Counted from the stretch's first letter, positions 37,553-49,051 are shown. The stretch is 64,000 nt of DNA from Deferribacterales bacterium (GCA_050251875.1 JBFWMA010000002.1:32001-96000), one strand, 5' to 3'. Notes: a model not told the origin generated them from the letters alone. Numbers and translations are program-made.

Positions 37553-38230
37553 TTAATCTTCCTCTTCCAGCTCAACATAGGAATGTCTTATTATTTTGCC
37601 TTCCACCATATAATATACCATCTCGGCGATGTTCGTGGCATGGTCGGCGATTCTTTCCAGTCTTCTGGAGATGTTCATCAGCGCCAGCACAGTGTGGAGC
37701 TTAGTCACATCCTCCATAGTATATGTGAGCAGTTCTCTTGTCACCTGCTCATTGAGGTTGTCCAGCTCATCATCACGCTTGATAACGTCATAGGCGAGCT
37801 TGGTGTCGGAGTTGAAAAACGCTTCCAGAGAGTCGTGTATCATTCCTGTGGCTATTGCGGACATCTTGGGTATGTCTATATATGGCTTGAGCTGGGGATA
37901 CTCCATCAGCTTCAGGCTGTCTCTGCATATGCTGACGCAGTGGTCGCCCACACGCTCTATGTCGGTAATTATTCTTGTGGCTGTGATGATGTATCTGAGG
38001 TCGATAGCCTTTGGCTCGAAAAGCGCCAGCATCTTTATGCAGTGTTCGTCTATATCCACATCGAGCTTGTCCATCAGCTCGTCATCGTGGATAACCTGCA
38101 TGGCAAGAGCCTCGTTTCTGTCTACGAGAGATTTGATAGAGTTGGTTACCATCCCTGTGGCGGTGGTTGCCATCTCCGCTAACATCCCTTTGAGCTGAAT
38201 ATATTCCTTATCGTGCCTGTAAGCTGTCAT
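37553..38230 (-). CDS. phoU: Phosphate signalling protein PhoU
   Basis: PKAIDLR, DIERVGDH, LERIADHATNIAE. Confidence 0.95.
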   Translation of the reverse strand: MTAYRHDKEYIQLKGMLAEMATTATGMVTNSIKSLVDRNEALAMQVIHDDELMDKLDVDIDEHCIKMLALFEPKAIDLRYIITATRIITDIERVGDHCVSICRDSLKLMEYPQLKPYIDIPKMSAIATGMIHDSLEAFFNSDTKLAYDVIKRDDELDNLNEQVTRELLTYTMEDVTKLHTVLALMNISRRLERIADHATNIAEMVYYMVEGKIIRHSYVELEEED

Positions 38231-38324
38231 GTGGTGTCACCTCTTAATATGTGGACAATATGAAGAATTATATATCATAAATAGAAAATAATCCTCGTCC
38301 GCTGGGACAACAATAAATATAAAC

Positions 38325-38363
38325 TGTAAGATGTCTGTGAAAATGATGTCAGAGAAATGTAAA
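38325..38363 (-). promoter_or_regulatory. Pho box array: four direct half-sites
   Basis: Minus strand TTTACA-N5-CTGACA-N5-TTCACA-N5-CTTACA, exact 11-bp period, upstream of phoU. Confidence 0.7.
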
Positions 38364-38378
38364 ATTATGGTTTTTGTG

Positions 38379-39107
38379 TCAGATTTTTCCGGTTTTTTTC
38401 AAAAGAATGTTATGTTCAGCTATTGCTTTTCCCAGAACAGAGAGAATGAGTTCCGCTTCTCTGGCTGTGAAAACCTTGGATTCCGCCGCCTGTTTTATCT
38501 CGTTCATGATCTTTTCCGGGTTCTGCGGGTTCAGGCATCCGAACATTTTCAGAAACTGCTCTATCTTGTTGTTCAGAGCGTCATGAATTTTTCTGCCGGC
38601 GTATTCTGTCTCCGCAATGTTTTTCGGCGGGATATTTTTTATCTGCCAGAGAACCACCAGAACAGCCTGTGCCAGATTCATGCTGGGGAAGGTATCTGAG
38701 GTATCCAAACTGATGTATTTAGCGCAGGAGGCGAGCTGTGTGTTTGAGAGCCCCGCCTTTTCGTTGCCGAAGAGCAGACCGACAGTCAGCCCATTTTCAC
38801 GGCATTCATTAATATAAGAGCCCAGTTCCTCAAGCCCTATGTTGGCGTGGGATGTCTCCGGCGTGCGCATGCTGACGCCGACTATCTTATCCGCGTGGGA
38901 GATAAGATCATCGAATCCGGAGCATCTTACTGTGTTTTGCAGGATGTTTTCCGCCGCCAGAGCATATTTCAGCGCTGTGGGGTTTGCGGGGTTCAGTTTT
39001 CCGGAGAGAAAGAGATCAGAAAAACCGGTGTTCGCCATCGCCCGTGCTATGAATCCGATATTAACGGCGCCTTCCGGATTTGCCAGAAGAACACGGATGT
39101 CTCTCAA
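38379..39107 (-). CDS. trmJ: TrmJ/TrmH-family SPOUT RNA methyltransferase
   Basis: NIGFIARAMAN, LLFGNEKAGLSN, SMNLAQAV. Confidence 0.8.
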   Translation of the reverse strand: MRDIRVLLANPEGAVNIGFIARAMANTGFSDLFLSGKLNPANPTALKYALAAENILQNTVRCSGFDDLISHADKIVGVSMRTPETSHANIGLEELGSYINECRENGLTVGLLFGNEKAGLSNTQLASCAKYISLDTSDTFPSMNLAQAVLVVLWQIKNIPPKNIAETEYAGRKIHDALNNKIEQFLKMFGCLNPQNPEKIMNEIKQAAESKVFTAREAELILSVLGKAIAEHNILLKKTGKI

Positions 39108-39823
39108 CTAAACTGCCTGGCGGATATATTGATTATCCTTTTGTAGTTGGACATGACCGCTCTGTAATATTTGTCGGACACTCCTGAGCCGCTTTTGATC
39201 ATTTTGTTCAGGTTGCCGGGACCCATGTTGTAGGCTATCAGAGCGTATTTCTGGTTGTCGTATTTGTTCAGCAGATAGGCGAGGTAGCTGATGCCTATCC
39301 GGATGTTTTTCGTGGGATCGAAAAGCTCCGATCTGCTTTCCAGATTGATGTTGTCGTGCATGTCGGAAACATAAAAGGCAGTGCCTGGCAGAATCTGCAT
39401 AAAGCCGACAGCGCCCTTGTTGGAGACGACATGACGTCTGAACGAGCTCTCTGTCTTTATCACCGCCAGAACCAGATAGGGGTCGATGCCCTTTTCGAAA
39501 GATTCGGAGGCGATGAGGTAGGACATGTCCATATAGTTCAGTCCGCCTGTGTTGGGTCTGTATATTTCCAGAATGTTTTTAATGTTCTGCACATGAGACG
39601 CGAAAGACAGACGCTTCTTTTCATTTTCCAGACTGTTGGAAAATTCTTTGTAGCTGATGCCGATGTCTGATTCCGAGCTGAGTTTGTCCACCGTGGAACC
39701 TATCGCTGTGAGATAGATCACGTTCATCACGAGAAAGCCGAAAACTAACACTGTGATGCTTATAAAAAGCGCCGCTAATGTTGTCTGTGCTCTGTTAGAA
39801 AATCTGAAGTAATGCATATTCAC
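39104..39823 (-). CDS. Lytic transglycosylase (SLT domain)
   Basis: AVIKTESSF, GAVGFMQI, ALIAYNMG; start may be ATG 39817. Confidence 0.9.
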   Translation of the reverse strand: MNMHYFRFSNRAQTTLAALFISITVLVFGFLVMNVIYLTAIGSTVDKLSSESDIGISYKEFSNSLENEKKRLSFASHVQNIKNILEIYRPNTGGLNYMDMSYLIASESFEKGIDPYLVLAVIKTESSFRRHVVSNKGAVGFMQILPGTAFYVSDMHDNINLESRSELFDPTKNIRIGISYLAYLLNKYDNQKYALIAYNMGPGNLNKMIKSGSGVSDKYYRAVMSNYKRIINISARQFS

Positions 39824-39909
39824 CGTATTTTTTTATAATTACAGTTGACAAAATATTCATCAAAAGCGGAAAAGTAAAGGAAAAAGTTTTTCAGGAGACC
39901 CGAAAACAG

Positions 39910-40608
39910 ATGTATGAATATAGCAAGTTATTGAAGGGAAAGTTTATAAAAAGGTACAAAAGATTTTTCACTGACGTGCTTTTAGAGGGCGATGTTCTGA
40001 CTGTGCATAACCCGAACACCGGATCGATGAAGTGTGTGCTCCGTGACGGGGCGGATGTTTTGATTTCTGAGTCAGATAACCCTGACAGAAAGCTGAAACA
40101 CACTCTGGAAGCGGTTATGGCGGATGGCAGATGGATTCTGACGAACACCATACTGATGAACAGGATAGTCAGACACGGGCTCTTGGATAATGAGGTTAAG
40201 GAGCTGAAAGATATAACATATCTCAAAAGTGAGTATAAATATGGTGACGGACGTATAGATTTCTATGGAGAGAATCCGGATGGGAAATTTCTGGCGGAGG
40301 TGAAGAACGTCACCATGTTCGATGATGAATACGCCATTTTTCCGGATGCGGTGACCGAAAGAGGCAGAAAGCATTTGGGACTGCTTCTGGAGGCGGCGAA
40401 AGAGGGCTATAGACCATACATGATATATGTGTGTCAGATTGACCGTCCGTTTTTCCGTCCGGCGTATGAGATAGACGCAAAATACGCTGAGGCTCTTGAG
40501 GACGCTGTGGAGAAGGGGCTGAATGTGATAACCGTTCTGACGGAGTTTGACGAGCAGACAGGGTGTGTGAGGCTCACAGAGGGCGGAAAACTCAGATTTC
40601 GGCGATGA
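39910..40608 (+). CDS. sfsA: DNA/RNA nuclease SfsA
   Basis: RYKRF, HNPNTGSM, RIDF, EVKNVT, FPDAVTERGRKHL. Confidence 0.93.
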   Translation: MYEYSKLLKGKFIKRYKRFFTDVLLEGDVLTVHNPNTGSMKCVLRDGADVLISESDNPDRKLKHTLEAVMADGRWILTNTILMNRIVRHGLLDNEVKELKDITYLKSEYKYGDGRIDFYGENPDGKFLAEVKNVTMFDDEYAIFPDAVTERGRKHLGLLLEAAKEGYRPYMIYVCQIDRPFFRPAYEIDAKYAEALEDAVEKGLNVITVLTEFDEQTGCVRLTEGGKLRFRR

Positions 40609-41506
40609 GGCTTGTCAGATATCCGGTGTCTTTCACCTGTCCTGTTTTGAACTGATAGTCCAGCTCGGCGAACAGTCCCATCAGTTTTATCAGGTCATTC
40701 TTTTTCCAGGCGTTGGTGCCCGCCTTTATCTTGTCCAGCATGAACGGTCTGTTCTCTTTCACCAGATCTCTGGAAACAGTGAACAGATATACGTCTTTCA
40801 TCCGTTTGAAAGTCATGTTTATGAGCAGAGGCAGGTTCTCCTCCGCATTAACGAAGTCGTTGAACAGAATCATGCACTGGCTCTTCTTCCGGTTGGTGAA
40901 AGCGTCTATGAAGGTGAAGACGTTATCGTGTTTTTTTGCCGTGATGGCGTTAAGTATATCGCTCTGATTTTTTGGTTTCTTATAAGCAAAATAGGCTGTC
41001 AGCTTGTCGATTTCGCTCTTTACCAGAGCCATGTCTCCGGCGAAAAGCTCGTTTATCTCTCCTGCCGCCGCTGTGTCGATGGTGAACCCGGCTTCGGTGA
41101 ACATCCTGATTATCTGACCTGTCAGGTCATATTTTTTGGCTTTTACTTCCAGAAACAGCGTGAATCCGCACTTATCCAGAGAATCGGACAGTTTTTTGCC
41201 CAGTTTTACTTCTTCTGCCGTCAGGATGATATATGACTCACGGCATGAAGCGCACTCGTCTATAATTTTTTCAGGATTTTTAACGCTGTCGAACGAACGC
41301 ACCAGCGCCGCCTTGTTTTCGGAGAAGAGGGGGGCTGTGTTTATGAAATTGAAGAAATTTCCGTCATTGAGTTCTTCCGGGTTGAATGTCTCTGTCTCGC
41401 AGTCGTCTATGCCCGACAGAATGTTTTTTATCTTTTCGTCCACATAGTAGGTTCCGCCGGCTATGTAGTAAAAGAGTTTATTGCTACTTTCTGTTTTCGA
41501 ACTCAT
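40592..41506 (-). CDS. holA: DNA polymerase III subunit delta
   Basis: Conserved leuS-lptE-holA order; PLFSE, SEIDKL, LDYQFKTG; start moved to ATG 41506. Confidence 0.78.
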   Translation of the reverse strand: MSSKTESSNKLFYYIAGGTYYVDEKIKNILSGIDDCETETFNPEELNDGNFFNFINTAPLFSENKAALVRSFDSVKNPEKIIDECASCRESYIILTAEEVKLGKKLSDSLDKCGFTLFLEVKAKKYDLTGQIIRMFTEAGFTIDTAAAGEINELFAGDMALVKSEIDKLTAYFAYKKPKNQSDILNAITAKKHDNVFTFIDAFTNRKKSQCMILFNDFVNAEENLPLLINMTFKRMKDVYLFTVSRDLVKENRPFMLDKIKAGTNAWKKNDLIKLMGLFAELDYQFKTGQVKDTGYLTSLIAEI

Positions 41507-41978
41507 ATCTAAATGTGTCCATAGCTGTCTGAACAGCCTCCTCAATGGCGATGTCCCTGTTTCTGGTGGACGTGGGGCTGGATGAGGAGATGTTGTATGT
41601 GGATGAGGCGTACAGGTTTCTGTTATAGATAATTTTACCTGATTTGTCAGATACCTGAATGGACATTATCACAGCCAGATCAACGGTGACCGTGCGTCCG
41701 GATGTCAGTGTTACCGCTCCGGATGATGTCACCTCGGTCAGCGTAAACCTGCCTGTCAGGTCAGAGTTCTCTTTTGTCCCCAGCGAATGGATTGACGCGA
41801 GATATGACTTCACAGCGTTCACAAAAAGCTGTTCCGGCATGATCTCTTTGGAAACGTTGACAATATCGGCGGGATAGAGTGTGAAAGCCGAATCGGCGTC
41901 TTTCAGGGCGATTTTATATCCGCATCCGGAAAGAATCATAACCAGCAGAAAGACAGTCAGTACGGCTTTCATTCTCAT
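41484..41978 (-). CDS. lptE: LPS assembly lipoprotein LptE
   Basis: Lipobox LSGCGY; position between leuS and holA. Confidence 0.75.
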   Translation of the reverse strand: MRMKAVLTVFLLVMILSGCGYKIALKDADSAFTLYPADIVNVSKEIMPEQLFVNAVKSYLASIHSLGTKENSDLTGRFTLTEVTSSGAVTLTSGRTVTVDLAVIMSIQVSDKSGKIIYNRNLYASSTYNISSSSPTSTRNRDIAIEEAVQTAMDTFRYEFENRK

Positions 41979-41981
41979 AAT

Positions 41982-44534
41982 CTATTTCACCACGAAGTTA
42001 ACGAGTTTATTGGGCACATATATCTTTTTGATGATCTGTGTGCCGTCAGTGTATTTTGACACATTATCATTGGACAGCGCCAGAGAAAATACGTCTTCCT
42101 GAGACATGTCTCTGGGGATGTCTATCTGACCTCTCAGTTTACCGTTCACCTGAACAGCCACTGTTATTTCATCTTTCTGTGTCATGGACGCGTCGAATTT
42201 CATCCATTCCGCTCTGGATATCAGCCCCTTTTGACCTGTTGTTTCCCACAGTTCCTCGGCGATGTGCGGAGTGAAGGGGGCTATGAGAGTCATGAGAGCC
42301 GTGAGGCATTCTTTGAACAGCGCTTTGTTGCCGTCATTCATTTTTGTTTCGGCGGCGTAGAGGCTGTTGACATATTCCATCAGAGCGGCAACGGCGGTAT
42401 TGAGCTGATAGCGCTCGATATCCTCTGTCACTTTCTTGATGGTGGAGTGCATGGCGAACAGCAGTTCTTTTGTCAGCTCGTCCTCGGCTTTTGCCGGGAG
42501 AGCGCCCTTGAACAGCTCTATATTGTTGTCTATCAGCCTGAAAACCCTGTTCAGGAATCTGAATGAGCCCTCAACGCCTGAGTCGCTCCATTCCAGCTCT
42601 CTTTCGGGGGGGCTGGCGAAAAGGATGAACAGTCTGGCGGTGTCCGCTCCGTATGTTTCTATGAGTTTATTGGGGTCGATAACGTTCTTTTTGGATTTTG
42701 ACATCTTTTCCACACGACCGATCAGAACGTCTTTACCGCATTTTACGCATTTGCCGTCTTTGGACTCTTCGGGGAAGAGCCAGCCGTGCTCGGGGCATTT
42801 ATATGTCTCTTTACAGACCATACCCTGTGTGAGCAGTCTGTTAAAAGGTTCGTCTATGTCTGTGTATCCCAGATCTCTCAGCACTTTTGTATAGAAGCGT
42901 GAGTAGAGCAGGTGAAGGATGGCGTGTTCTATCCCGCCTATGTACTGGTCAACGTTCATCCAGTATTTAGCGTCCTCTTTATTGAAAGGCGCTGTGTCGC
43001 ATTTGGGCGATGTATAGCGCAGGAAGTACCATGATGATTCCATGAAGGTGTCCATGGTGTCAGTTTCACGTCTGGCGGGTTTGCCGCACTTGGGGCATGT
43101 GGTGTTCACGAAAGACTCCACTTTGTCCAGCGGGTTGCCTCTCATAGCGGGGTTGAAATCCACATCGGGGAGTCTTACCGGAAGCTGGTCGAAGGGAACA
43201 GGCACACTGCCGCAACAGTCGCACTGGATAAACGGAATGGGTGATCCCCAGTATCTCTGACGAGATATCTGCCAGTCTCTCAGACGGAAATTCACTGTGC
43301 TTTTACCTATATTGTGAGTGTCCAGAAACTCAACGATGGCTTTTTTCGCCGGCTCGTTGTCCATTCCGGTGAACTGGTCTGAGGCAACGAGTTTCCCGGC
43401 GCCTGTGTAGGCTTCGGTCAGCTCTTCCGCTTTTATCTCTTCTTTCGGCATGATAACTATTTTCAGCTCACAGCCGTATTTTTTAGCGAACTCAAAATCT
43501 CTCTGGTCGTGGGCGGGAACAGCCATTACGGCTCCTGTGCCGTAGTCCATCAGAACAAAGTTAGCTATGAAAACAGGCATCTGGCATCCGGTGACGGGGT
43601 TGATAACGCATCTTCCGGTGTTGATTCCTTTTTTCTCTTTGTCGTCCGCCATTCTGTTTACTTTGTCTTCTTTCAGGATAGAGTCGATGAACTCCAGTCC
43701 TTCTTTCTCGTTTTCGGTGCCTTTCAGAAGATCCTTAGCCATGGGGTGTTCGGGGGCTATGGACATGAACGTGGCGCCGTAGAGGGTGTCGGGTCTGGTG
43801 GTGAAGACGGTTATGGTGTCATTGTTGTGGGAAAAACGGAAATTGATCTCCGCCCCGTATGATTTTCCTATCCAGTTCTGCTGCATTGTCAGAACTTTTG
43901 CGGGCCATCCGTCGAGTTTGCTGGTGAAATCCAGAAGCTCATCGGCGTAATCCGTTATTTTCAGATACCATCCGTCCAGCTCCTTGATGCGCACCTCTTT
44001 TCCGCATCTCCAGCAGGCTCCGTCCTCCACCTGTTCGTTGGCGAGAACCGTGTTGCAGTCATCGCACCAGTTCAGGTGAGATTTCTTTTTATATATGAGT
44101 CCTTTTTCGAACATTTCGATAAAGACTTTCTGTTCCCATTTATAATATTCCGGATCGCATGTGGCTACTTCTCTGTCCCAGTCATATGAAAGACCGAGTT
44201 TTTTGAGCTGTGCTCTCATGTAGTCTATGTTGGATTTTGTCCACACTGCGGGGTGTGTGGAGTTTTCGATGGCGGCGTTTTCCGCCGGAAGACCGAAGGC
44301 GTCCCATCCCATAGGGTGAAGAACGTTGTATCCCTGCATGAATTTATATCTGGATATCACGTCTCCGATGGCATAGTTGCGGACATGACCCATGTGTATC
44401 TTGCCTGAAGGGTAAGGAAACATTTCCAGACAGTAAAATTTCTCTTTATTTGTTTCAGTTTCTACTTTAAAAAGTTTTTTATCTTCCCAGATTTTCTGCC
44501 ATTTACCTTCGACAGCTAAAGGGTTGTATTTCAT
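41982..44534 (-). CDS. leuS: Leucine--tRNA ligase
   Basis: [28 protein letters not shown]; start ATG 44534. Confidence 0.98.
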   Translation of the reverse strand: MKYNPLAVEGKWQKIWEDKKLFKVETETNKEKFYCLEMFPYPSGKIHMGHVRNYAIGDVISRYKFMQGYNVLHPMGWDAFGLPAENAAIENSTHPAVWTKSNIDYMRAQLKKLGLSYDWDREVATCDPEYYKWEQKVFIEMFEKGLIYKKKSHLNWCDDCNTVLANEQVEDGACWRCGKEVRIKELDGWYLKITDYADELLDFTSKLDGWPAKVLTMQQNWIGKSYGAEINFRFSHNNDTITVFTTRPDTLYGATFMSIAPEHPMAKDLLKGTENEKEGLEFIDSILKEDKVNRMADDKEKKGINTGRCVINPVTGCQMPVFIANFVLMDYGTGAVMAVPAHDQRDFEFAKKYGCELKIVIMPKEEIKAEELTEAYTGAGKLVASDQFTGMDNEPAKKAIVEFLDTHNIGKSTVNFRLRDWQISRQRYWGSPIPFIQCDCCGSVPVPFDQLPVRLPDVDFNPAMRGNPLDKVESFVNTTCPKCGKPARRETDTMDTFMESSWYFLRYTSPKCDTAPFNKEDAKYWMNVDQYIGGIEHAILHLLYSRFYTKVLRDLGYTDIDEPFNRLLTQGMVCKETYKCPEHGWLFPEESKDGKCVKCGKDVLIGRVEKMSKSKKNVIDPNKLIETYGADTARLFILFASPPERELEWSDSGVEGSFRFLNRVFRLIDNNIELFKGALPAKAEDELTKELLFAMHSTIKKVTEDIERYQLNTAVAALMEYVNSLYAAETKMNDGNKALFKECLTALMTLIAPFTPHIAEELWETTGQKGLISRAEWMKFDASMTQKDEITVAVQVNGKLRGQIDIPRDMSQEDVFSLALSNDNVSKYTDGTQIIKKIYVPNKLVNFVVK

Positions 44535-44696
44535 CGGGAGCCTCCATATCAAGGATACAGAAATACCACAAATAGTAGAAATTTATCAAGCAATATAAAA
44601 GAATATATGTTAAGTTTTGACGTGCAAGTAATTTTTATTTCTGATAATTGGAAAAACTGATATATTAGTAATATATAAGATAACGGAACAAAATAT

Positions 44697-46154
44697 ATGA
44701 TTACTGAAAACGGTTTCATTGAGTTAGCGTACTCATTGGTAAGGATAAGAAATCTGGATGAACTTCTGGACACCATGCTCGGAAAAATACGCAGTATTCT
44801 TTCGGCTGATGCAGGAAGTATCTTTATATATGACGATGAGAATGACGAGCTGATTTTCAGCTACACTCAGAACGATTCGGTCTCTCTGCCTTTTAAGCAG
44901 TTCCGCATGAAAGCGGACGAAAAGAGCATCGCCGGGTTCTGCGCCGTGCGCAACAGCCTCATCAGGCTGGACGATGTGTATCATCTCGATCCGAAATTTC
45001 CTTTCAGCTTCAACCACAGCTTTGACGAGATGTCCGGATACCGCACCAAATCCATGCTGGTTTTTCCTATCAACGACATCAACGGCAGGCTCATAGGCAT
45101 ACTCCAGCTCATCAACAAAAGATCTGAAAATGTGAAGATTAACAGCGAGACAGTCCAGCGCGCCGTTACTCCATTCAGCGCCGATGACGAGAACACCGCT
45201 CATTCGCTCAGCGGTATTGTCGGTATGGCACTGGAAAACGCCCTGCTTTACGACAGCATCGAGGCGATGTGGGAAGGATTCATACAGGCATGCATGACGG
45301 CGATCGACTCCAGAGACCCGGTGACAGGCGGGCACAGCGCCCGTGTGACAGGCTATACCATGGCTCTGGCGGAGGCTATGAGCGATGATGACGAGGCGTT
45401 TCCAGAGTTCAAGCTGACTCCGGTTCAGCTCAGATCGCTTAAATATTCCTGCATGCTTCATGACTTCGGAAAGCTGGTAATCAGCGAAAATGTGCTTCAG
45501 AAAGCCGATAAGCTGTATCCAGGCATGCTTGACGTTATCAAGTTCCGCTTCGGAATGGCGAAATCAGTGGCGCTCATGCACAACGACCAGAAGACGGCGG
45601 ACGAGCTGAACAGGCTTCTGGCGATAGTTATTAAAGCCAATATCCCCACTGTGCTGGATGAGGACGCCGCCATCGGTCTTGATAAATGCGTGAACTACTC
45701 ATTCACCGATCTGGAGGGGAACGAACACACCCTTCTGACTCCTAAAGAATACGAATATCTGAGCATCAAGCGGGGTTCTCTGACGAAAGACGAGAGAGAG
45801 ATTGTTGAGAGCCATGTTCGCCATACATATGAGTTTCTGGTAAAAATTCCGTGGACGGCGGATCTGCGGGCTGTTCCCGCCACAGCCGCCATGCACCATG
45901 AAAAGCTGAACGGCTCCGGCTATCCTTTCGGTCTGGAGGGTGACAGCATATACATTCAGGGCAGGGTTATGGCTATCGCCGATATATATGACGCCCTGAC
46001 TGCTCACGACAGACCATATAAAAAGCCGATGCCGATTGAAAAAGCCTGTGATATACTGGTTGATGAAGCGGAAAGAAATTTTCTGGATACAAGAATTGTC
46101 CGGTTCTTTATAGACAAAGAAATATACAAGTGCCTTGATAGGAGGGACAGTTGA
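44697..46154 (+). CDS. GAF + HD-GYP cyclic-di-GMP phosphodiesterase
   Basis: GAF (GYRTKSML...LQLINK), HSARV, HDFGK, HHEKLNGSGYP. Confidence 0.9.
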   Translation: MITENGFIELAYSLVRIRNLDELLDTMLGKIRSILSADAGSIFIYDDENDELIFSYTQNDSVSLPFKQFRMKADEKSIAGFCAVRNSLIRLDDVYHLDPKFPFSFNHSFDEMSGYRTKSMLVFPINDINGRLIGILQLINKRSENVKINSETVQRAVTPFSADDENTAHSLSGIVGMALENALLYDSIEAMWEGFIQACMTAIDSRDPVTGGHSARVTGYTMALAEAMSDDDEAFPEFKLTPVQLRSLKYSCMLHDFGKLVISENVLQKADKLYPGMLDVIKFRFGMAKSVALMHNDQKTADELNRLLAIVIKANIPTVLDEDAAIGLDKCVNYSFTDLEGNEHTLLTPKEYEYLSIKRGSLTKDEREIVESHVRHTYEFLVKIPWTADLRAVPATAAMHHEKLNGSGYPFGLEGDSIYIQGRVMAIADIYDALTAHDRPYKKPMPIEKACDILVDEAERNFLDTRIVRFFIDKEIYKCLDRRDS

Positions 46155-46504
46155 AAACATTGCTTGTCGTTGATGATGACGAGAGTATCAGATTACTTTT
46201 AAGAGATGAATTTTGTGACAACGGGTTCAATGTAGTGACCGCAGTTGACGGCGAAGAGGGGTTAGTAGCTTTCAACGAACAGAATGTGGATGTGGTCATA
46301 CTGGATCTGGACATGCCGAAGCTCTCAGGCGAAGAGGTCGCTCTGCAGCTGCAGCAGACGGCGCCTGATAAACCTGTGATAATCTACACAGCCAATCCCG
46401 AAAGGCTGGAACATCAGATCGGCATTAAGTATGACTCTGTGGTCTTGAAATCCTGTGATCTTCAGGAGCTCGTGGAAAAGGTGAAAGAGCTGAGTAATGT
46501 TTGA
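46151..46504 (+). CDS. Single-domain response regulator receiver
   Basis: VVDDD, ILDLDMP; TTG start overlapping the upstream stop. Confidence 0.85.
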   Translation: MKTLLVVDDDESIRLLLRDEFCDNGFNVVTAVDGEEGLVAFNEQNVDVVILDLDMPKLSGEEVALQLQQTAPDKPVIIYTANPERLEHQIGIKYDSVVLKSCDLQELVEKVKELSNV

Positions 46505-47252
46505 TGTTTCGCTATACGAAAAGCACAGAGGGAAAAAAGACGGTATAACGGTTCTGGATTCGATAGATTCAACAAATGCCTATGCGGTCATGAACAGCCT
46601 GCCCCCGTTTTCCTGCGTCACAGCCGAGACACAGACAGCCGGAAGAGGCAGAAGCGGGCGGAAATGGCACTCTTCTAAAGGCGAAAACCTGTATTTTTCT
46701 ATAGTTCTCCACGGGTTGGATGTTCCGAAACTGCTTCCGATGAACATATTCGCCGGGTATATTCTGGCGGATACTCTGAGTCCTTATGCTGATGTGAAGG
46801 TTAAGTGGCCAAACGATCTGACCGTGAACGGCAGAAAGATGGCGGGGATACTGATGGAGACATCTTTTTCCGGCGGTGTTCTGGAGAAGGCTGTTCTGGG
46901 GATCGGGCTTAATGTGAACACAACGGATTTTCCCGAAGAGATAAAAGATATCGCTACTTCTCTGAAAAGAGAGACAGGACAGACATTCAGCAGGGAGGAA
47001 GTTCTGGCTTCGTTTATGAATAATCTGGAAAGCAGATATGATGATTTCTTAAACGGCAGTGTGGATATCGCAAAACTTTGGTCTTTTTATTCCGCTTTTC
47101 TTGACAAAAAGATAAGTATACATAAAGATGGTGTCAAAACAATTTATACCGAAAAAGGTATAGACGGTTTCGGCTGTCTGAGGGCGGTGAACGCCGAAGG
47201 ACGGCTGGAAACTATCGTTACAGGGGACATAGGGTATGATATTTGCCGTTGA
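46497..47252 (+). CDS. birA: Biotin--protein ligase (no HTH)
   Basis: DSTN, QTAGRGRSGRKW, KWPNDL, KMAGIL, GIGLN. Confidence 0.95.
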   Translation: MFDVSLYEKHRGKKDGITVLDSIDSTNAYAVMNSLPPFSCVTAETQTAGRGRSGRKWHSSKGENLYFSIVLHGLDVPKLLPMNIFAGYILADTLSPYADVKVKWPNDLTVNGRKMAGILMETSFSGGVLEKAVLGIGLNVNTTDFPEEIKDIATSLKRETGQTFSREEVLASFMNNLESRYDDFLNGSVDIAKLWSFYSAFLDKKISIHKDGVKTIYTEKGIDGFGCLRAVNAEGRLETIVTGDIGYDICR

Positions 47253-48012
47253 TATTGGCAATACCAACGTTGTCATAGGGATTTTTGAAAAGGGCAGCGA
47301 CAACATAATCTGCAATTTCCGGGTACAGTCATCCACCAGCAGAACCACGGATGAGTACGCCGCTATCATAATGAGACTGATGGAGAGCGAGGGTGTGCGC
47401 CCTGAGGATATTTCCGGCGTGATAATCGCCAGCGTTGTTCCCAGGCTGATATTCACCTTCACCAAGTTCGCCAGAAAATATCTGGACAAAGAACCTCTGG
47501 TGATAGCACCCGGGGTTAAGACCGGCATCTCCATAAAAATGGAAAACCCGAAAGAAGTGGGAGCGGACAGGATTGTCAACGCTGTGGCGGCTAAGGTCAA
47601 ATGCGGCTTTCCGTCTATAGTTGTTGATTTCGGCACTGCCACTACTTTTGACGTGATAAACACCGAAGGAAACTATATCGGAGGCGTTATCTGCCCCGGT
47701 ATAAAACTGTCCAGCCAGATTCTGCACTCCAACACGGCTAAACTGCCGGAGGTGGAGATAGAAAAAGTGGACACCATAATAGGCAAAAACACCATCCACT
47801 CTATCCAGTCCGGAATATATTTCGGCTATCTGGAGATGGTGGACGGTATTATAAAGAGAATACTGGACGAGGAATTCAACGGAGAGGTGATCCCCGTGAT
47901 TTCCACAGGCGGGCTTGGCAGTGTGTTTGCCGGAGAAAGCAGGTACATAGCCAGATATGAACCAAACCTTACTTTGGAAGGTCTTAAAATTATATATGAA
48001 AAAAATTTATAA
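47236..48012 (+). CDS. coaX: Type III pantothenate kinase
   Basis: DIGNTN, VGADR, VDFGTATT, TGG. Confidence 0.95.
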   Translation: MIFAVDIGNTNVVIGIFEKGSDNIICNFRVQSSTSRTTDEYAAIIMRLMESEGVRPEDISGVIIASVVPRLIFTFTKFARKYLDKEPLVIAPGVKTGISIKMENPKEVGADRIVNAVAAKVKCGFPSIVVDFGTATTFDVINTEGNYIGGVICPGIKLSSQILHSNTAKLPEVEIEKVDTIIGKNTIHSIQSGIYFGYLEMVDGIIKRILDEEFNGEVIPVISTGGLGSVFAGESRYIARYEPNLTLEGLKIIYEKNL

Positions 48013-48042
48013 CGGCTTTATTGGACAGCTGGGGCGGGTGAA

Positions 48043-48996
48043 ATGAGTAAACTTGGCGAGCTTCTCAGAAAAACCAGAGAGGAGAGAGGACTCTCCCCTG
48101 ACAAGGTCACGGAGGATATCAGACTCAGCGCTGATATCATTGAGCAGTTGGAGGATGGCGGATTTACCGAACTGCCGTCTTATAACCACGCTAAAAACTT
48201 TGTGAAGAACTATGCCAGATATCTGGGGCTTAATATCGAAGAGATTCAGGCTATGCTGGCTGAGGAATGCACAAAAGAGAATTTTACGCATGAGCCTATC
48301 ACAGTGGCGACTGAAGAGCCTCTGGAAGATATAGTTAAGAATGATTCCGTGGGGATATCTAAGTTTTTCCTCATAGGAATACTCTTCATTCTGATAATAG
48401 CCATCGGCGGATATCTGATAGCCACATCCGGCAGCCACAAGACGAAACCCACCGAAGAGAAAACATCCGAACAGGTTCAGCCGCAGACGGAAACTCCCCA
48501 GACTGCCGAAGCGGAAGACAATGAGTTCAACACTGTAGACAAAAAAATAGTGGAAGAGACCATCAGCTCCGTGAACGAAGAGGAGCCGGCGCCTCAGTCT
48601 GAAGACGGCGTGGCGGCCGACAAGGCTCTGACCGGAAAGGACAAAGATAAAACCGCTCCGGCGGCAGATGAAAAAACAGCGGACAAAAAAGAAGAGAAGG
48701 CGGTTGTTCTGCCCAAAGGCATGAAAAAAGCTGTGCTTAACTTTTCTGACGTCTGCTGGGTGCATATGAAATCCGACACTGGCGAAGAGATGGATTTCAT
48801 CGCTGACAAATCAACCCATAAAGATGTTATCTTCAAGGACTATTTCGTTCTGGACATAGGCAACGCCGCGGTAACATCCGTATCATACAACGGCAGGACA
48901 ATAGCCGGGCTGGGCGGATACAAACAGCCGGCAAAAGGTCTGAAATTCGAGCCCAACCCCGAAAACGGGTCTCTGAAATATTCAACATTAAAATAA
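48043..48996 (+). CDS. rodZ: RodZ-like HTH + TM + DUF4115 protein
   Basis: GELLRKTREERGLS...YARYLGL HTH, single TM helix, IGNAA C-terminal motif. Confidence 0.75.
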   Translation: MSKLGELLRKTREERGLSPDKVTEDIRLSADIIEQLEDGGFTELPSYNHAKNFVKNYARYLGLNIEEIQAMLAEECTKENFTHEPITVATEEPLEDIVKNDSVGISKFFLIGILFILIIAIGGYLIATSGSHKTKPTEEKTSEQVQPQTETPQTAEAEDNEFNTVDKKIVEETISSVNEEEPAPQSEDGVAADKALTGKDKDKTAPAADEKTADKKEEKAVVLPKGMKKAVLNFSDVCWVHMKSDTGEEMDFIADKSTHKDVIFKDYFVLDIGNAAVTSVSYNGRTIAGLGGYKQPAKGLKFEPNPENGSLKYSTLK

Positions 48997-49051
48997 ACCT
49001 TGCAATATAACGTCAGGGTGCCTATCTTATTAAGACAATAAAGGTGTTTTT

